Source: an uncultured Candidatus Poseidoniales archaeon (GTDB lineage: Archaea; Thermoplasmatota; Poseidoniia; Poseidoniales; Poseidoniaceae). Taken from it: DNA of 62,569 bases. Under the pieces are notes generated by a model, which was given only the letters and a program-made list of their open reading frames with translations, ran no database searches and was not told the DNA's origin. The DNA lies in NCBI GenBank assembly GCA_902520595.1, contig CABYOM010000003.1, positions 1 to 62,569 of the forward strand, read 5' to 3'. Positions within the stretch are counted from its first letter, which is position 1. Each line of letters opens with the position of its first letter. This document shows positions 1-9,160 of the stretch, piece after piece. Both the position numbers and the translations under genes were made by a program.

Positions 1-382
1 GTCCAAGAGATATCCCAAAGTTATGCGTAAAATCTCAACAAAACACTATGTTAACCAAGGAAAGCTAAGCGTGAATGACATTGATGTATACTCTAAAGTG
101 TTCAAGAATCGGAAATCAGTACGCGGTCCCATTAACTATTACAGAGCAGTATTTCGACACCCATTCGCTTCGAGAAAATCGATCAGTGTAATCAATGCGA
201 AAACTCTGGTAATTTGGGGGCGCAAAGATCGACACCTCGGTATACATTTGTCAAAGCCAAAAAGCGAGGATGTTCCTCATTGCCATGTTGAATATCTCGA
301 TGCATCGCATTGGGTTCAACAAGACGCATCTTCAGAGGTCAATTTCTTATTAATTGATTTCTTTAGAACGCGCAAGGATTGA
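1..382 (+). CDS. alpha/beta-fold hydrolase (epoxide-hydrolase-like), C-terminal fragment; 5' end lies outside the window
   Basis: The frame is open to the window edge. C-terminal motifs NYYRA, LVIWGRKD and the catalytic-His context ASHWVQQD are typical of epoxide-hydrolase-like alpha/beta hydrolases. Confidence 0.6.
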   Translation, partial: SKRYPKVMRKISTKHYVNQGKLSVNDIDVYSKVFKNRKSVRGPINYYRAVFRHPFASRKSISVINAKTLVIWGRKDRHLGIHLSKPKSEDVPHCHVEYLDASHWVQQDASSEVNFLLIDFFRTRKD

Positions 383-463
383 GAGTCTTAGAAACGAAGT
401 TTCAAGAGAATTTCAAGAACAAGCAGGCGTTAGATTGTTAAAATAGGCGCAAATGGAAAATTC

Positions 464-1420
464 ATGAGCAAACAATTTTTGACGTTTCAAGTCTTGTTGC
501 TGATGCTTCTCTCTCCTCTTTCCGGGTGTTTTGGAACCGACATGCCTGAGCAAGTGGAAATGATTGAAGAAATTGATGCCTTGGAAAATCCTTGCGCTCA
601 AGGCTCTCAATCGGTTACGCAGTCTACAACCTCAGTCATGGTTAATGGTCAAGAAAGGTTGTTCAGATTATCTGTTCCCAGTTCCGATGCGGGCGTCAAG
701 TTAGCACTTATCATCGCCTTCCATGGTGGTGACGGTTCTGGTGAAGACTTCCAGCAACAGAATGAGTTTGACCAGTTGGCTGAACAAGAGAAGTTCATTA
801 TGGCTTATGCAATTGCTGAAGAGGATCGAACAGCCAATGAAGGGGAATGGTTCCTCAATACTGCAGCAACTTCCCGTGAGGACAATGACTTCTCTGAAGC
901 GATTGTAGATGAATTGTCGACTGCATACTGTATCGATCAAGACCGCCTTTATGCAATCGGATATTCACTGGGTTCTATGTTTACGTATGAAATTGCATGC
1001 CAACTCAACCATCGATTTGCAGCTGTAGCCTCTTTTGCCGGAACCATGCCTGTTGAACCTGAAACATGTGAACTTGAAGGTAATATGGCCGTGATGCATA
1101 TTCACGGAAAACTGGATTACATTATCGACTATGACGATGATTGGGATTGGAAGGACGGAGAGCATGAGGGCGTTGGAACGATGAGCAGTGTCCCCGGAAT
1201 GATTGATTCTTGGGCTGCTCGAGCAAATTGTGCATCAAGTGATGTCGACGCAGATTTTCTCCTTGAACACATCACGCACAGTGAATGTGTTGGAGATACT
1301 CGTATTGAACACTACGGTATAGAACTTCATGAACATACTTGGCCTGATGATGTCGATGGTACTGCAACCTACCAACTTATTTGGAATTTTTTAAGTGATT
1401 TCACAAACCAAGAATTTTGA
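464..1420 (+). CDS. secreted lipoprotein esterase, PHB-depolymerase/LpqC-like family
   Basis: Signal peptide with lipobox LSGC. FHGGDGSGEDF motif and nucleophile elbow GYSLGS, as in the esterase/PHB depolymerase family. Confidence 0.6.
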   Translation: MSKQFLTFQVLLLMLLSPLSGCFGTDMPEQVEMIEEIDALENPCAQGSQSVTQSTTSVMVNGQERLFRLSVPSSDAGVKLALIIAFHGGDGSGEDFQQQNEFDQLAEQEKFIMAYAIAEEDRTANEGEWFLNTAATSREDNDFSEAIVDELSTAYCIDQDRLYAIGYSLGSMFTYEIACQLNHRFAAVASFAGTMPVEPETCELEGNMAVMHIHGKLDYIIDYDDDWDWKDGEHEGVGTMSSVPGMIDSWAARANCASSDVDADFLLEHITHSECVGDTRIEHYGIELHEHTWPDDVDGTATYQLIWNFLSDFTNQEF

Positions 1421-1455
1421 TTGCGTCTAAACAAACCGAGAATATTGAGTTGTTC

Positions 1456-1860
1456 TCAAAAGAAAATTAGAACCAGAATCCGTTGATAAAATAACCATGC
1501 AAAAATACCAACAGTGAGGGTAATCCAACTGTTGTAAACGATTTTATTGGGAGGTGGAATCGTTTCTTCACGCCTGCGAAGAGCAGATATTGATGCCCAT
1601 AGCATGTAAATAAACGCACCATAAATCAAGGGTGAGCCAGGGTTGAAATCCATTGCAGCCTGGATGTCGAAATGGGTAATTGCAACAAAAGCTCGTGTCA
1701 TCCCGCAAAAAGGACATGGATGTCCAGACAAGTGATACCAAGGGCAAAGTTTCAGACCGTCAACACCACCATGCGGTAAAATGGCAGATACAGTCAGTGC
1801 TCCACCTGTTACCGCAGCGGTGATTGAGGCTGAGTTGATTTTAAACGGCCTCATACACAT
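1456..1860 (-). CDS. DUF2752 family membrane protein
   Basis: Hallmark CPWYHLSGHPCPFCGMTRAF Cys motif followed by TM helices. Confidence 0.65.
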   Translation of the reverse strand: MCMRPFKINSASITAAVTGGALTVSAILPHGGVDGLKLCPWYHLSGHPCPFCGMTRAFVAITHFDIQAAMDFNPGSPLIYGAFIYMLWASISALRRREETIPPPNKIVYNSWITLTVGIFAWLFYQRILVLIFF

Positions 1861-1930
1861 CGGTTTGATTTACGGTTAATCTCTTTTTGCCTGCATAACG
1901 ACTATAAATCCGGCTGTGTGAGTATTATAT

Positions 1931-1996
1931 ATGCAACCACAAGGAATGCAACAAGGAATGCCAGCACAAGGAATGATGCAACAAGGAATGCCAATG
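1931..1996 (+). repeat. in-frame tandem repeat; 9-mer CAAGGAATG occurs four times
   Basis: CAAGGAATG starts at 1940, 1952, 1967 and 1982. It encodes MQPQGMQQGMPAQGMMQQGMPM. Confidence 0.8.
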
Positions 1997-2206
1997 GTGT
2001 CCGATAAGGACTGGGTTACCACTTTGCTGTTAAGTATTTTAGTCGGTTGGCTTGGAGTTGACCGATTTTACGCTGGAAGCATCGGCCTAGGAATTCTCAA
2101 ACTGATTACTCTCGGTGGGTGTGGCATTTGGAGTTTAATCGATATTATTCTCGTTGCAACAGGTTCTTTCAAAGACGGAAATGGCCTTCCAATAAAATCG
2201 AAGTGA
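1931..2206 (+). CDS. TM2 domain-containing membrane protein with an N-terminal Q/G/M repeat
   Basis: The stretch LGVDRFYAGSIGLGILKLITLGGCGIWSLIDIILV matches the TM2 domain pattern. The N-terminus is (Q)QGM repeats. Confidence 0.7.
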   Translation: MQPQGMQQGMPAQGMMQQGMPMVSDKDWVTTLLLSILVGWLGVDRFYAGSIGLGILKLITLGGCGIWSLIDIILVATGSFKDGNGLPIKSK

Positions 2207-2362
2207 AGTTATTTACACCTTTGAATCACTCCAATGAGTGAACTTTGCTCTTCATTGAGACAAGTAAAAATACTCTACTCTATAGGCGTAGTCATGGCTA
2301 GAGATTCAGGCTATTTGTCCAAATTTCCAGTTAAGTCTTCACAAACGCGACCAACAAATGTG

Positions 2363-2752
2363 ATGAAACCCTCTGTAGCGGTAGAGATTTGTTTTCAAGA
2401 GAAGTATTTTGATTTCAACGGACGCTCATCACGTTCTGAATTCTGGTTTTTTCTGACGTTCAACATTCTCTTTGCTGCAATCATCAATACTGTTCTTCTT
2501 TACGTTGGATCTTTTTTTGGCTATTGGGGAGGACTTATTTCTTCGATTCTTTCACTCACTGTCGGTCTACTTTTCTTCATACCACTCATGGCAGTGAGTG
2601 CACGCAGACTCCATGACGTGGGAAAATCTGGCTGGTATGCACTAATAGGCTTAATACCGATTCTTGGATGGTATCTCCTGATCAAAGCGTATGTGGATGA
2701 AGGTGAAACTACAATCAATTCATATGGCCGCTTACCGAATAATGATGTTTAA
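2363..2752 (+). CDS. DUF805 family inner-membrane protein (YhaH-like)
   Basis: Canonical DUF805 N-terminus KYFDFNGRSSRSEFWFF and RRLHDVGKSGWY motif. The start is placed at the internal ATG 2363; the ORF is open from 2234, so the start is uncertain. Confidence 0.7.
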   Translation: MKPSVAVEICFQEKYFDFNGRSSRSEFWFFLTFNILFAAIINTVLLYVGSFFGYWGGLISSILSLTVGLLFFIPLMAVSARRLHDVGKSGWYALIGLIPILGWYLLIKAYVDEGETTINSYGRLPNNDV

Positions 2753-4110
2753 TCACGGTTCGAATTCTTCCGGCCACGATTTCGTTTTTGGTTACGGTTT
2801 CTTCGGGATTTCGTATTGTTTGAATTTCCTCGCCCGCGAGCATTGTTTTGGTCGACTGAATTTCTGTTTGAACGATCTCGGTTTTGCGTATTTCTATTTG
2901 CATTTCTCGGGCGCTTTTTGGTTCCAGATTTGTCCTTGATTTTTCCTGGTTTTTGTCCTGGTTTAGGGATTGCGCCAATAAAATGAAATGGATGATTACT
3001 GTTGACAGGAATCTCTTTTCCAATCAGCTGTTGGATGCCGACAAGGTATCCACTTTCAGTATCATCACAAAAAGCATATGCAATTCCACTACGACCTGCT
3101 CGAGCAGTTCGTCCGATTCGGTGAACGTAACTCTCAGGTTCATTGGGTAAATCATAATTGAAAACGTGAGTGATTCCATCAACATCAATACCTCGACTGG
3201 CAATATCTGTAGCGACAAGAATAGGTATGTTGCCGTTTTTGAAACCTGCTAAAGCCTTGGTCCGGGCTCCCTGACTTTTATTTCCGTGAATCGCAGCAGC
3301 AGTAATATTACTCTGATCTAATTGTTTGACCAGTCTATTTGCACCGTGTTTTGTCCGGGTGAAAACAATGCCGCATTTCACCCGTTCTTCTTTGATGAGT
3401 TGAACGAGTAAACGCCGCTTATCCGCTTTCCTCAAAAACATGATTTTCTGTTCAATTCGGTCAACAGTCATTTCTTTTGGACTCACGTCTACCATTACCG
3501 CATTATTGAGGAATGTTCCAGCGAGTTTGGCAATTGACTTCGGCATCGTAGCACTGAAAAGCAGATTTTGGCGTTGCTTTGGAAGGAGTTTGATGACTTT
3601 TTCAATATCTCGAATAAATCCCATATCGAGCATTCTGTCCGCTTCATCAAGCACGAAGAATTCTACACGCGTTATGTCGATGTGTCCTTGCCCAATCAAG
3701 TCTAACAAACGCCCTGGAGTGGCGACTAAAATGTCCAAACCTTTCTGCAGAGCGCGAACCTGTGGATTTTGATTCACTCCACCAAATACAACGCGATGTC
3801 GAAGGTCCATGTGTTCACTGTATGCGGCAAATCGTTCGTCGATCTGGGCAGCTAATTCTCGTGTAGGTGAGAGAATGAGGGCTCGAATAAACCGCTTTCC
3901 TTGTGGTTTTTTTCGATTCATAATTTGCAAGACCGGTAAGGCAAATGCTGCGGTTTTACCCGTTCCAGTTTGAGCAACACCCAAGACATCACGTCCTTCA
4001 AGAAGCGGTGGAATGGATTGCTGTTGGACTGGCGTTGGAGTTGTATAACCTTCTGCCTCTACAGCGCGTAGTAAAGTGCTTGATAGCCCGAGTGATTGAA
4101 AGTCTGGCAT
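2749..4110 (-). CDS. DEAD-box ATP-dependent RNA helicase (RhlE-like) with an R/N/K-rich C-terminal tail
   Basis: Q-motif region GYTTPTPVQ, Walker A AQTGTGKT, DEAD, SAT, HRIGRTARAG. The start is chosen at MPDFQSLGL (ATG 4110). Confidence 0.9.
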   Translation of the reverse strand: MPDFQSLGLSSTLLRAVEAEGYTTPTPVQQQSIPPLLEGRDVLGVAQTGTGKTAAFALPVLQIMNRKKPQGKRFIRALILSPTRELAAQIDERFAAYSEHMDLRHRVVFGGVNQNPQVRALQKGLDILVATPGRLLDLIGQGHIDITRVEFFVLDEADRMLDMGFIRDIEKVIKLLPKQRQNLLFSATMPKSIAKLAGTFLNNAVMVDVSPKEMTVDRIEQKIMFLRKADKRRLLVQLIKEERVKCGIVFTRTKHGANRLVKQLDQSNITAAAIHGNKSQGARTKALAGFKNGNIPILVATDIASRGIDVDGITHVFNYDLPNEPESYVHRIGRTARAGRSGIAYAFCDDTESGYLVGIQQLIGKEIPVNSNHPFHFIGAIPKPGQKPGKIKDKSGTKKRPRNANRNTQNRDRSNRNSVDQNNARGRGNSNNTKSRRNRNQKRNRGRKNSNRD

Positions 4111-4247
4111 TGAAATCCTATTCCATGGAACGCCAAATACAAACAAATGCAGTTGACTACAAAGCACTCTCACTTCTCTTTGCCTAAATACCCGATTGAA
4201 GAAAGAAGAGACAAACGTCCAGTCTTGTCAACGATTCATGACGCCGC

Positions 4248-5774
4248 TCAAAGTATCGGTTGGTTTCTTAGCCACTCCAAATCAGAGATGTAGAGTTGAC
4301 GTATATCATCAAGACCAAGAACCAACATTGCTAATCGCTCAAGTCCCATTCCCCACGCCAGCACGGGCGAAGAAATCCCAAGTGGCTCAGTTACTTCAGG
4401 CCTGAAAATTCCAGCACCGCCCAGTTCCAGCCACTTTCCACGCCATTTGACCTCAATCTCAAGACTTGGCTCAGTATAAGGGAAGTATGCTGGTCGAACT
4501 CGAACTTCTGGATATCCCATCTTCGCATAGAATGTCTTGAGGGTTGTCACAAGCATTTGCAAGTTCGCACCTTCTTCCATTATGATGCCTTCAATTTGAT
4601 GAAACTCAGGTAAATGGGTTCGATCGATTGCTTCTTTTCGAAACACACGGTCAACCGAAAAGACCCGACACGCTTCTGTTGGATGCGCAGCCAAGTATTG
4701 AATGGTGTTTACCGTAGTATGCGTGCGTAGCAGACCTTTCTCTGAAGTCTCGGCAGAAAAAGAACCACCCCACCCTACTGAACCAGTCTCCCCTCCGTGT
4801 TCGTGAATCGCTCCCCAAGCATCTGTTAGGTGCTTTGGCAAGCTAATCGATTGAGGATTTTCAAGATAAAAGGTATCCTGCATTTCACGGGCAGGATGGT
4901 CTTGGGGAATGAACAAGGCATCCATATTCCATCCAGCAGTCTGAACATAATCGTCTACCAGTTCGGAAAAGCCCATCTCTAAGAAGATACTTCGAACACG
5001 CTCAATCAGCGCCTGCATCGGATGGCTTCGGCCTGTTCTTGGTGTAGCTGATTCAAGTGTGACGTCAAAGGGTCGGAAATCAGCGTCTTTCCACGCCTCA
5101 GATTGAAGCAATTCTGTGGTTATCTCGCTGATGGATTGTTTTTCAATGAGTGCCTCGGAATCGACTGCTTTACCTTGTACCGTAATTGACCATGTACGGG
5201 TTGTTGTAATCACAGACTCAATCAGGCCACGCCGTGATTTGAAATGTTCGAGCATTTCCGAATCAAGTGCTTCAGGTGCTGCAGGTAATCCCGCAAGGAA
5301 ACTACTTCGTGCATTGATTTCAGAAGTAACTGCAGCAGGGTTTGGCGAAACAAAAACCCCGTTTTCAAGTTGAACTCCAAGACGCTTGAGTAGCCCTACA
5401 CCTGGGCCTGCTTCATGGCGCTCAAACTGAGATTGCAAGTCTTTCATGTTCGGTGAATCCGAATTTGAAACCCATTTCCAAAGGCGTGATTCAAGCAATC
5501 CATTTTCTATGGCCTTTTTTCCTTCTTCTGCAAGTCGAATCGTTTCGGAATTTATTTCATTGGTCTTCGCAAAACCAGCATTCGTCAAGCCATGACCTGC
5601 ACCGACAGCAACCGCTTGGTCATTCCATTCGCACTCGCTGAGTATTTCAGAAAGCGTCCATTTATGTTGTCCTCTTGACTGCATAACACGCAACATTCTA
5701 CGCTCTGGATTGAGCAAAGCATCTGCGTCCATGATGCTTCGTAACAATTCATGCCCTTCAATTCTATGGTACAT
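4248..5774 (-). CDS. pheS: phenylalanine--tRNA ligase alpha subunit, archaeal/eukaryotic type
   Basis: Class II motifs FRKEAIDRTHLPEFHQIEG and GAGIFRPEV...AWGMGLERLAML. The long N-terminal extension is typical of archaeal PheS. Confidence 0.9.
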   Translation of the reverse strand: MYHRIEGHELLRSIMDADALLNPERRMLRVMQSRGQHKWTLSEILSECEWNDQAVAVGAGHGLTNAGFAKTNEINSETIRLAEEGKKAIENGLLESRLWKWVSNSDSPNMKDLQSQFERHEAGPGVGLLKRLGVQLENGVFVSPNPAAVTSEINARSSFLAGLPAAPEALDSEMLEHFKSRRGLIESVITTTRTWSITVQGKAVDSEALIEKQSISEITTELLQSEAWKDADFRPFDVTLESATPRTGRSHPMQALIERVRSIFLEMGFSELVDDYVQTAGWNMDALFIPQDHPAREMQDTFYLENPQSISLPKHLTDAWGAIHEHGGETGSVGWGGSFSAETSEKGLLRTHTTVNTIQYLAAHPTEACRVFSVDRVFRKEAIDRTHLPEFHQIEGIIMEEGANLQMLVTTLKTFYAKMGYPEVRVRPAYFPYTEPSLEIEVKWRGKWLELGGAGIFRPEVTEPLGISSPVLAWGMGLERLAMLVLGLDDIRQLYISDLEWLRNQPIL

Positions 5775-5818
5775 GTGCGTGTCATGAATGCTTTTTTCGG
5801 GTTGATTTTATCCACCAA

Positions 5819-6193
5819 TTACTCTTCTTCATCCCAGAGTTGAGCAGAGCATGCAGGGCAGACATACTTCGGTGGACGGTCAGTTTCAAGCGTTTCCACA
5901 TGACCACATGGACCACAAAGTACGGTACATTTTTTCGGTTCATCCAGTGTTACATCGACGCGATACATCACCCTACCTGCATCGGGTAATTGCGTAGATT
6001 CCGGTGTCCAATTCTCGATTTCTTCTTCTGATAAGCCCTGTTCAGATTTCATACTCATTCCAAGAATAAAAAGCACAACACCGCTCAATCCAATTGTAGC
6101 AGCAAGTGACATGAGGTTTGCAACACTAAAAAATCCGCCCGCAGTGATACAAATTATGCTTGCGATAAGGAAATTTTCGCGAACTTTTTGCAT
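5819..6193 (-). CDS. small membrane protein with a C-terminal zinc-ribbon (CxxC...CxxC)
   Basis: Two N-terminal TM helices, then CGPCGH...CPACS. Confidence 0.4.
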   Translation of the reverse strand: MQKVRENFLIASIICITAGGFFSVANLMSLAATIGLSGVVLFILGMSMKSEQGLSEEEIENWTPESTQLPDAGRVMYRVDVTLDEPKKCTVLCGPCGHVETLETDRPPKYVCPACSAQLWDEEE

Positions 6194-6202
6194 GCTATCG
6201 CC

Positions 6203-7540
6203 TCACTTGAGCGCATTTGCCAATGCTTCTGCAACGCGGGGAATTTGTTCTAAAGGAACGGCACATAATCCTATTCGGACACCGCCAGTTAGTGGGACAA
6301 GGAAGACATGTTCTTGTGCACATTTTTCAGCAATCACTTCAGGTTCATCGTGCTCAAGCCAAGCAAAGAAACCATCATGTGTTGGGTTTAATGGCACGCC
6401 GTATTGTTCACAACATTGCTTTAAGAGATTTCGGCGAGATACGAGAAGATCTTTCAATCGGTCTCGCTCCAAACCCCAAGCCTCTCCACCTTCTGGTGTC
6501 GAATGCATCTCACTGATTGTGAATTGAGCGACTCTAGGGGCTGCAGACCATGTCTGTCGACCGGTTACTCCCATGACTGTGCCAATCTTTTCCGTGACTT
6601 CAGTATCGGGGTGTATGCTGACCAGAGCACCGGTTCTTAGGCCATAGACGGTATGAGACTTTGACATCGAAATAGCGAATGTTAAAAGTAAATTTTCCGT
6701 CCATGGCCAGCCTTCTTCAACTGCTTCTCGGATTGTTTCTCCCCAACCATGAGGCTCTTCTGCATACAAGTGGTATGCCGCATCGATGAGCAAGGTGTGC
6801 CCAACGTGTTCGTTGGAAGATGCGCTTTCCATAACGGCTTCTAAAAATGCCATTCTTCCATCTGCGGTTAACGAGACACCGGTTGGGTTGTGTGCCGGGT
6901 CATTTAGCCAAATCATCACCTTATCTTGGGTTGAACAAAGTTTGGCAAGTTCTGCTTTGAAACTTTCAATATCAACAAAGGGATGTTGTGATTCTGTTGA
7001 TGCTGGTAGAAGGGGGAAAGTGGCAAAGTCAAGACCGCATCCTGTGATGAATCCTTTGTATGGCCCCCAATGTCGGTCACGCAGCAACACCTTCTCTCCA
7101 CGGTTTGCAAAGTTTGCTGCAGCGAGGTAAAGTGCACCTGAACCACCAGGACTAGCCGTTGCTGTCATTGAGATTCCGAGTTGTTCAAGCGCATCACGGT
7201 GTTCGCCCATTGCAAGCGTTTTTGCTAAATCTAAAAATGCTGGAAGACCTTTCAACGGTGCATATGCTGCAATTTCTACAGCAGGTGCAACACGAATGGC
7301 TTCATCGACTACTTGGTTAATAGCGAGAGTTCCGTCATCTTCGAGTAATGCTCCTATGGTCCCGTTAACGGCATCCACCCCCTGTTTTACTGCTTCCTGG
7401 TATCGAGCCCACCATCCAAAGATGGTATCGTTACCTACCTTCGTCTGCGCATAGGGGTTGAGTAATCCCGCACCAGCATCTGGGTCCATAGCCATCCGAA
7501 TGCGGCGTTGTTCTTTGACTTGTCTCTTGCTTTTTTTCAA
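6203..7540 (-). CDS. class I aminotransferase (aspartate/aromatic amino acid, AspC/TyrB-like)
   Basis: HNPTG motif and PLP-lysine context SMSKSHTVYGLRTG. The start is uncertain, with alternative ATGs about 15 codons in. Confidence 0.8.
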   Translation of the reverse strand: MKKSKRQVKEQRRIRMAMDPDAGAGLLNPYAQTKVGNDTIFGWWARYQEAVKQGVDAVNGTIGALLEDDGTLAINQVVDEAIRVAPAVEIAAYAPLKGLPAFLDLAKTLAMGEHRDALEQLGISMTATASPGGSGALYLAAANFANRGEKVLLRDRHWGPYKGFITGCGLDFATFPLLPASTESQHPFVDIESFKAELAKLCSTQDKVMIWLNDPAHNPTGVSLTADGRMAFLEAVMESASSNEHVGHTLLIDAAYHLYAEEPHGWGETIREAVEEGWPWTENLLLTFAISMSKSHTVYGLRTGALVSIHPDTEVTEKIGTVMGVTGRQTWSAAPRVAQFTISEMHSTPEGGEAWGLERDRLKDLLVSRRNLLKQCCEQYGVPLNPTHDGFFAWLEHDEPEVIAEKCAQEHVFLVPLTGGVRIGLCAVPLEQIPRVAEALANALK

Positions 7541-7621
7541 AATTCTCTTTTTTGAATATCCTTTCGCCCTTGTTTTCCATCCGTTTCATTCATCAAGGGT
7601 AAGTGTCTGGGGCAGTTTAGC

Positions 7622-7697
7622 GCCTGTGTAGCATAGCTGGTAGTGCATCGGATTTGTAATCCGAAGGTCGGGGGTTCGAGTCCCTCCGCAGGCTCCA
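7622..7697 (+). tRNA. tRNA-Thr (anticodon TGT), 3' CCA encoded
   Basis: Hand-folded cloverleaf: acceptor GCCTGTG/CGCAGGC, anticodon stem TCGGA/TCCGA with loop TTTGTAA, T arm GGGGG-TTCGAGT-CCCTC. It is 73 nt plus CCA. Confidence 0.9.
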
Positions 7698-7753
7698 TAC
7701 CAGAGTCGCATTCATGCGATAAGTCCGATAACCTCCGTGTTGAAGGACTCACT

Positions 7754-8206
7754 ATGCGTCCTTTTCATCTCGCGTTTCCGGTCAATGATTTAATAGAGAC
7801 TGAATTGTTCTATGTCAATGTCTTAGGGTGCTCGATTGGGCGTCGTACGAAACGTTCGATCAATTTCAACTTCCACGGCCATCAAATCGTAGCTCATTTG
7901 GTCACGTCAATGCCCGACCAAACCGATAACGGTAGAGTTGATGGGAAAACCGTGCCTCCTTTCCACTTTGGATTGGTCATGGAATACACTCAATGGCACT
8001 CCTTTCGAGACGAATTGGTGTTGAAGGAAATTGAATTTCGACTCAAACCCCACATCCGTTATCCTGGGAAAGTTGGAGAGCAGGCTACCATGTTCCTTAC
8101 TGACCCATCTGGGAATGCAATTGAATTCAAGTCTTTCAAGGATGATGATAGATTGTTTGCCACTCTTGAGGGTGAGGAACATACTGCCGGTGGAGGGGTT
8201 TTGTAA
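7754..8206 (+). CDS. VOC (glyoxalase/bleomycin-resistance/dioxygenase) family protein
   Basis: N-terminus MRPFHLAFPVNDL...FYVNVLGC is typical of the VOC fold. The start is set at ATG 7754 because the longer ORF runs through the tRNA gene. Confidence 0.65.
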   Translation: MRPFHLAFPVNDLIETELFYVNVLGCSIGRRTKRSINFNFHGHQIVAHLVTSMPDQTDNGRVDGKTVPPFHFGLVMEYTQWHSFRDELVLKEIEFRLKPHIRYPGKVGEQATMFLTDPSGNAIEFKSFKDDDRLFATLEGEEHTAGGGVL

Positions 8207-8243
8207 ACCCAATACTCAAAGTGAAGAGTTCAGTCGGAAGGTC

Positions 8244-9122
8244 ATGGTGGCCCAACGTTTAGATGGCAAAGTTTGCGCTGCCGAAGTTGAGAAAGACCTC
8301 CTCTCTCGAATTTCAGCCTGTGTTGAAAACGGAGTCCAACCTCATTTGGCAGTTGTAATAGTTGGAGATGACCCTGCAAGTCATGTCTATGTCAAATCCA
8401 AAGTCAAGGCTTGTGAACGCTTAGGCATTCGCAGCACTCATGTTGGTTTACCCGCTGCATCTACCGAAGACGATGTTCGAAAAATCATCGGTTCGCTCAA
8501 TGAACAGGATGACCTTCATGGTATTCTTGTTCAATCTCCACTTCCTTCTCACATGGATGAAGAGTCACTTACTGATTTAATCGACCCCATGAAAGATGTT
8601 GATGGTTTCCATCCTCAAAATCTTGGCCGTTTGGTACAGGGCAGAATGGACGGGATGCTCCCTTGCACTCCAAGTGGAGTTATGCGTATGTTGTCGTGGG
8701 CTGGAATTGAAACCGAAGGTAAGACTGCAGTTATCCTTGGCCGTTCACGAATTGTCGGTATGCCTCAGTCCCTTCTTTTGGGGTCAAAAGGAGTCGATTC
8801 AACCGTGACAGTTGCTCATTCACGGACGAAAGATACTGCAGAATTATGCGCAAATGCAGACATTATCATCGCCGCAGTTGGGCGTCCCGAAATGGTCACA
8901 GAAGAGTGGGTCAAGGAAGGTGCTGTTGTGGTTGACGTTGGCATCAACCGTGTTGATGACAGTTCCCGTGAACGTGGCTGGCGTCTTGCAGGAGACGTAC
9001 ACCCTGATGTGGCAAAAAAAGCCTCTTGGCTTTCACCAGTTCCAGGTGGTGTTGGTCCGATGACCATTGCTATGTTGATGGAGAATACCGTTCGAGCCGC
9101 AGAGCAATCAATCGAATCTTGA
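8244..9122 (+). CDS. folD: bifunctional methylenetetrahydrofolate dehydrogenase/methenyl-THF cyclohydrolase
   Basis: Motifs LAVVIVGDDPASHVYVKSK, DVDGFHP, GRSRIVGMP, VTVAHSRT, PVPGGVGPMTIAML. The start is at MVAQRLDGK. Confidence 0.9.
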   Translation: MVAQRLDGKVCAAEVEKDLLSRISACVENGVQPHLAVVIVGDDPASHVYVKSKVKACERLGIRSTHVGLPAASTEDDVRKIIGSLNEQDDLHGILVQSPLPSHMDEESLTDLIDPMKDVDGFHPQNLGRLVQGRMDGMLPCTPSGVMRMLSWAGIETEGKTAVILGRSRIVGMPQSLLLGSKGVDSTVTVAHSRTKDTAELCANADIIIAAVGRPEMVTEEWVKEGAVVVDVGINRVDDSSRERGWRLAGDVHPDVAKKASWLSPVPGGVGPMTIAMLMENTVRAAEQSIES

Positions 9123-9160
9123 AAAAACTCTTAGGTCCTTGACTTCTACCCAAGAATATC

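Noticed and set aside
7537-7752. 71-aa minus-strand ORF, and the 7643 start of the 187-aa plus-strand ORF.
   Set aside because: Both run through the tRNA-Thr gene (7622-7697). The VOC protein has a canonical N-terminus at ATG 7754.
7541-7760. Integrated element or integrase next to tRNA-Thr (likewise tRNA-Val at 46362-46437).
   Set aside because: The flanks encode ordinary housekeeping genes. I saw no integrase, no att-like duplication of the tRNA 3' end, and no compositional break.
8031-8243. N-terminal 71-codon extension of folD.
   Set aside because: It overlaps the 3' end of the VOC gene and shows no FolD similarity. FolD homology begins at MVAQRLDGK (8244).
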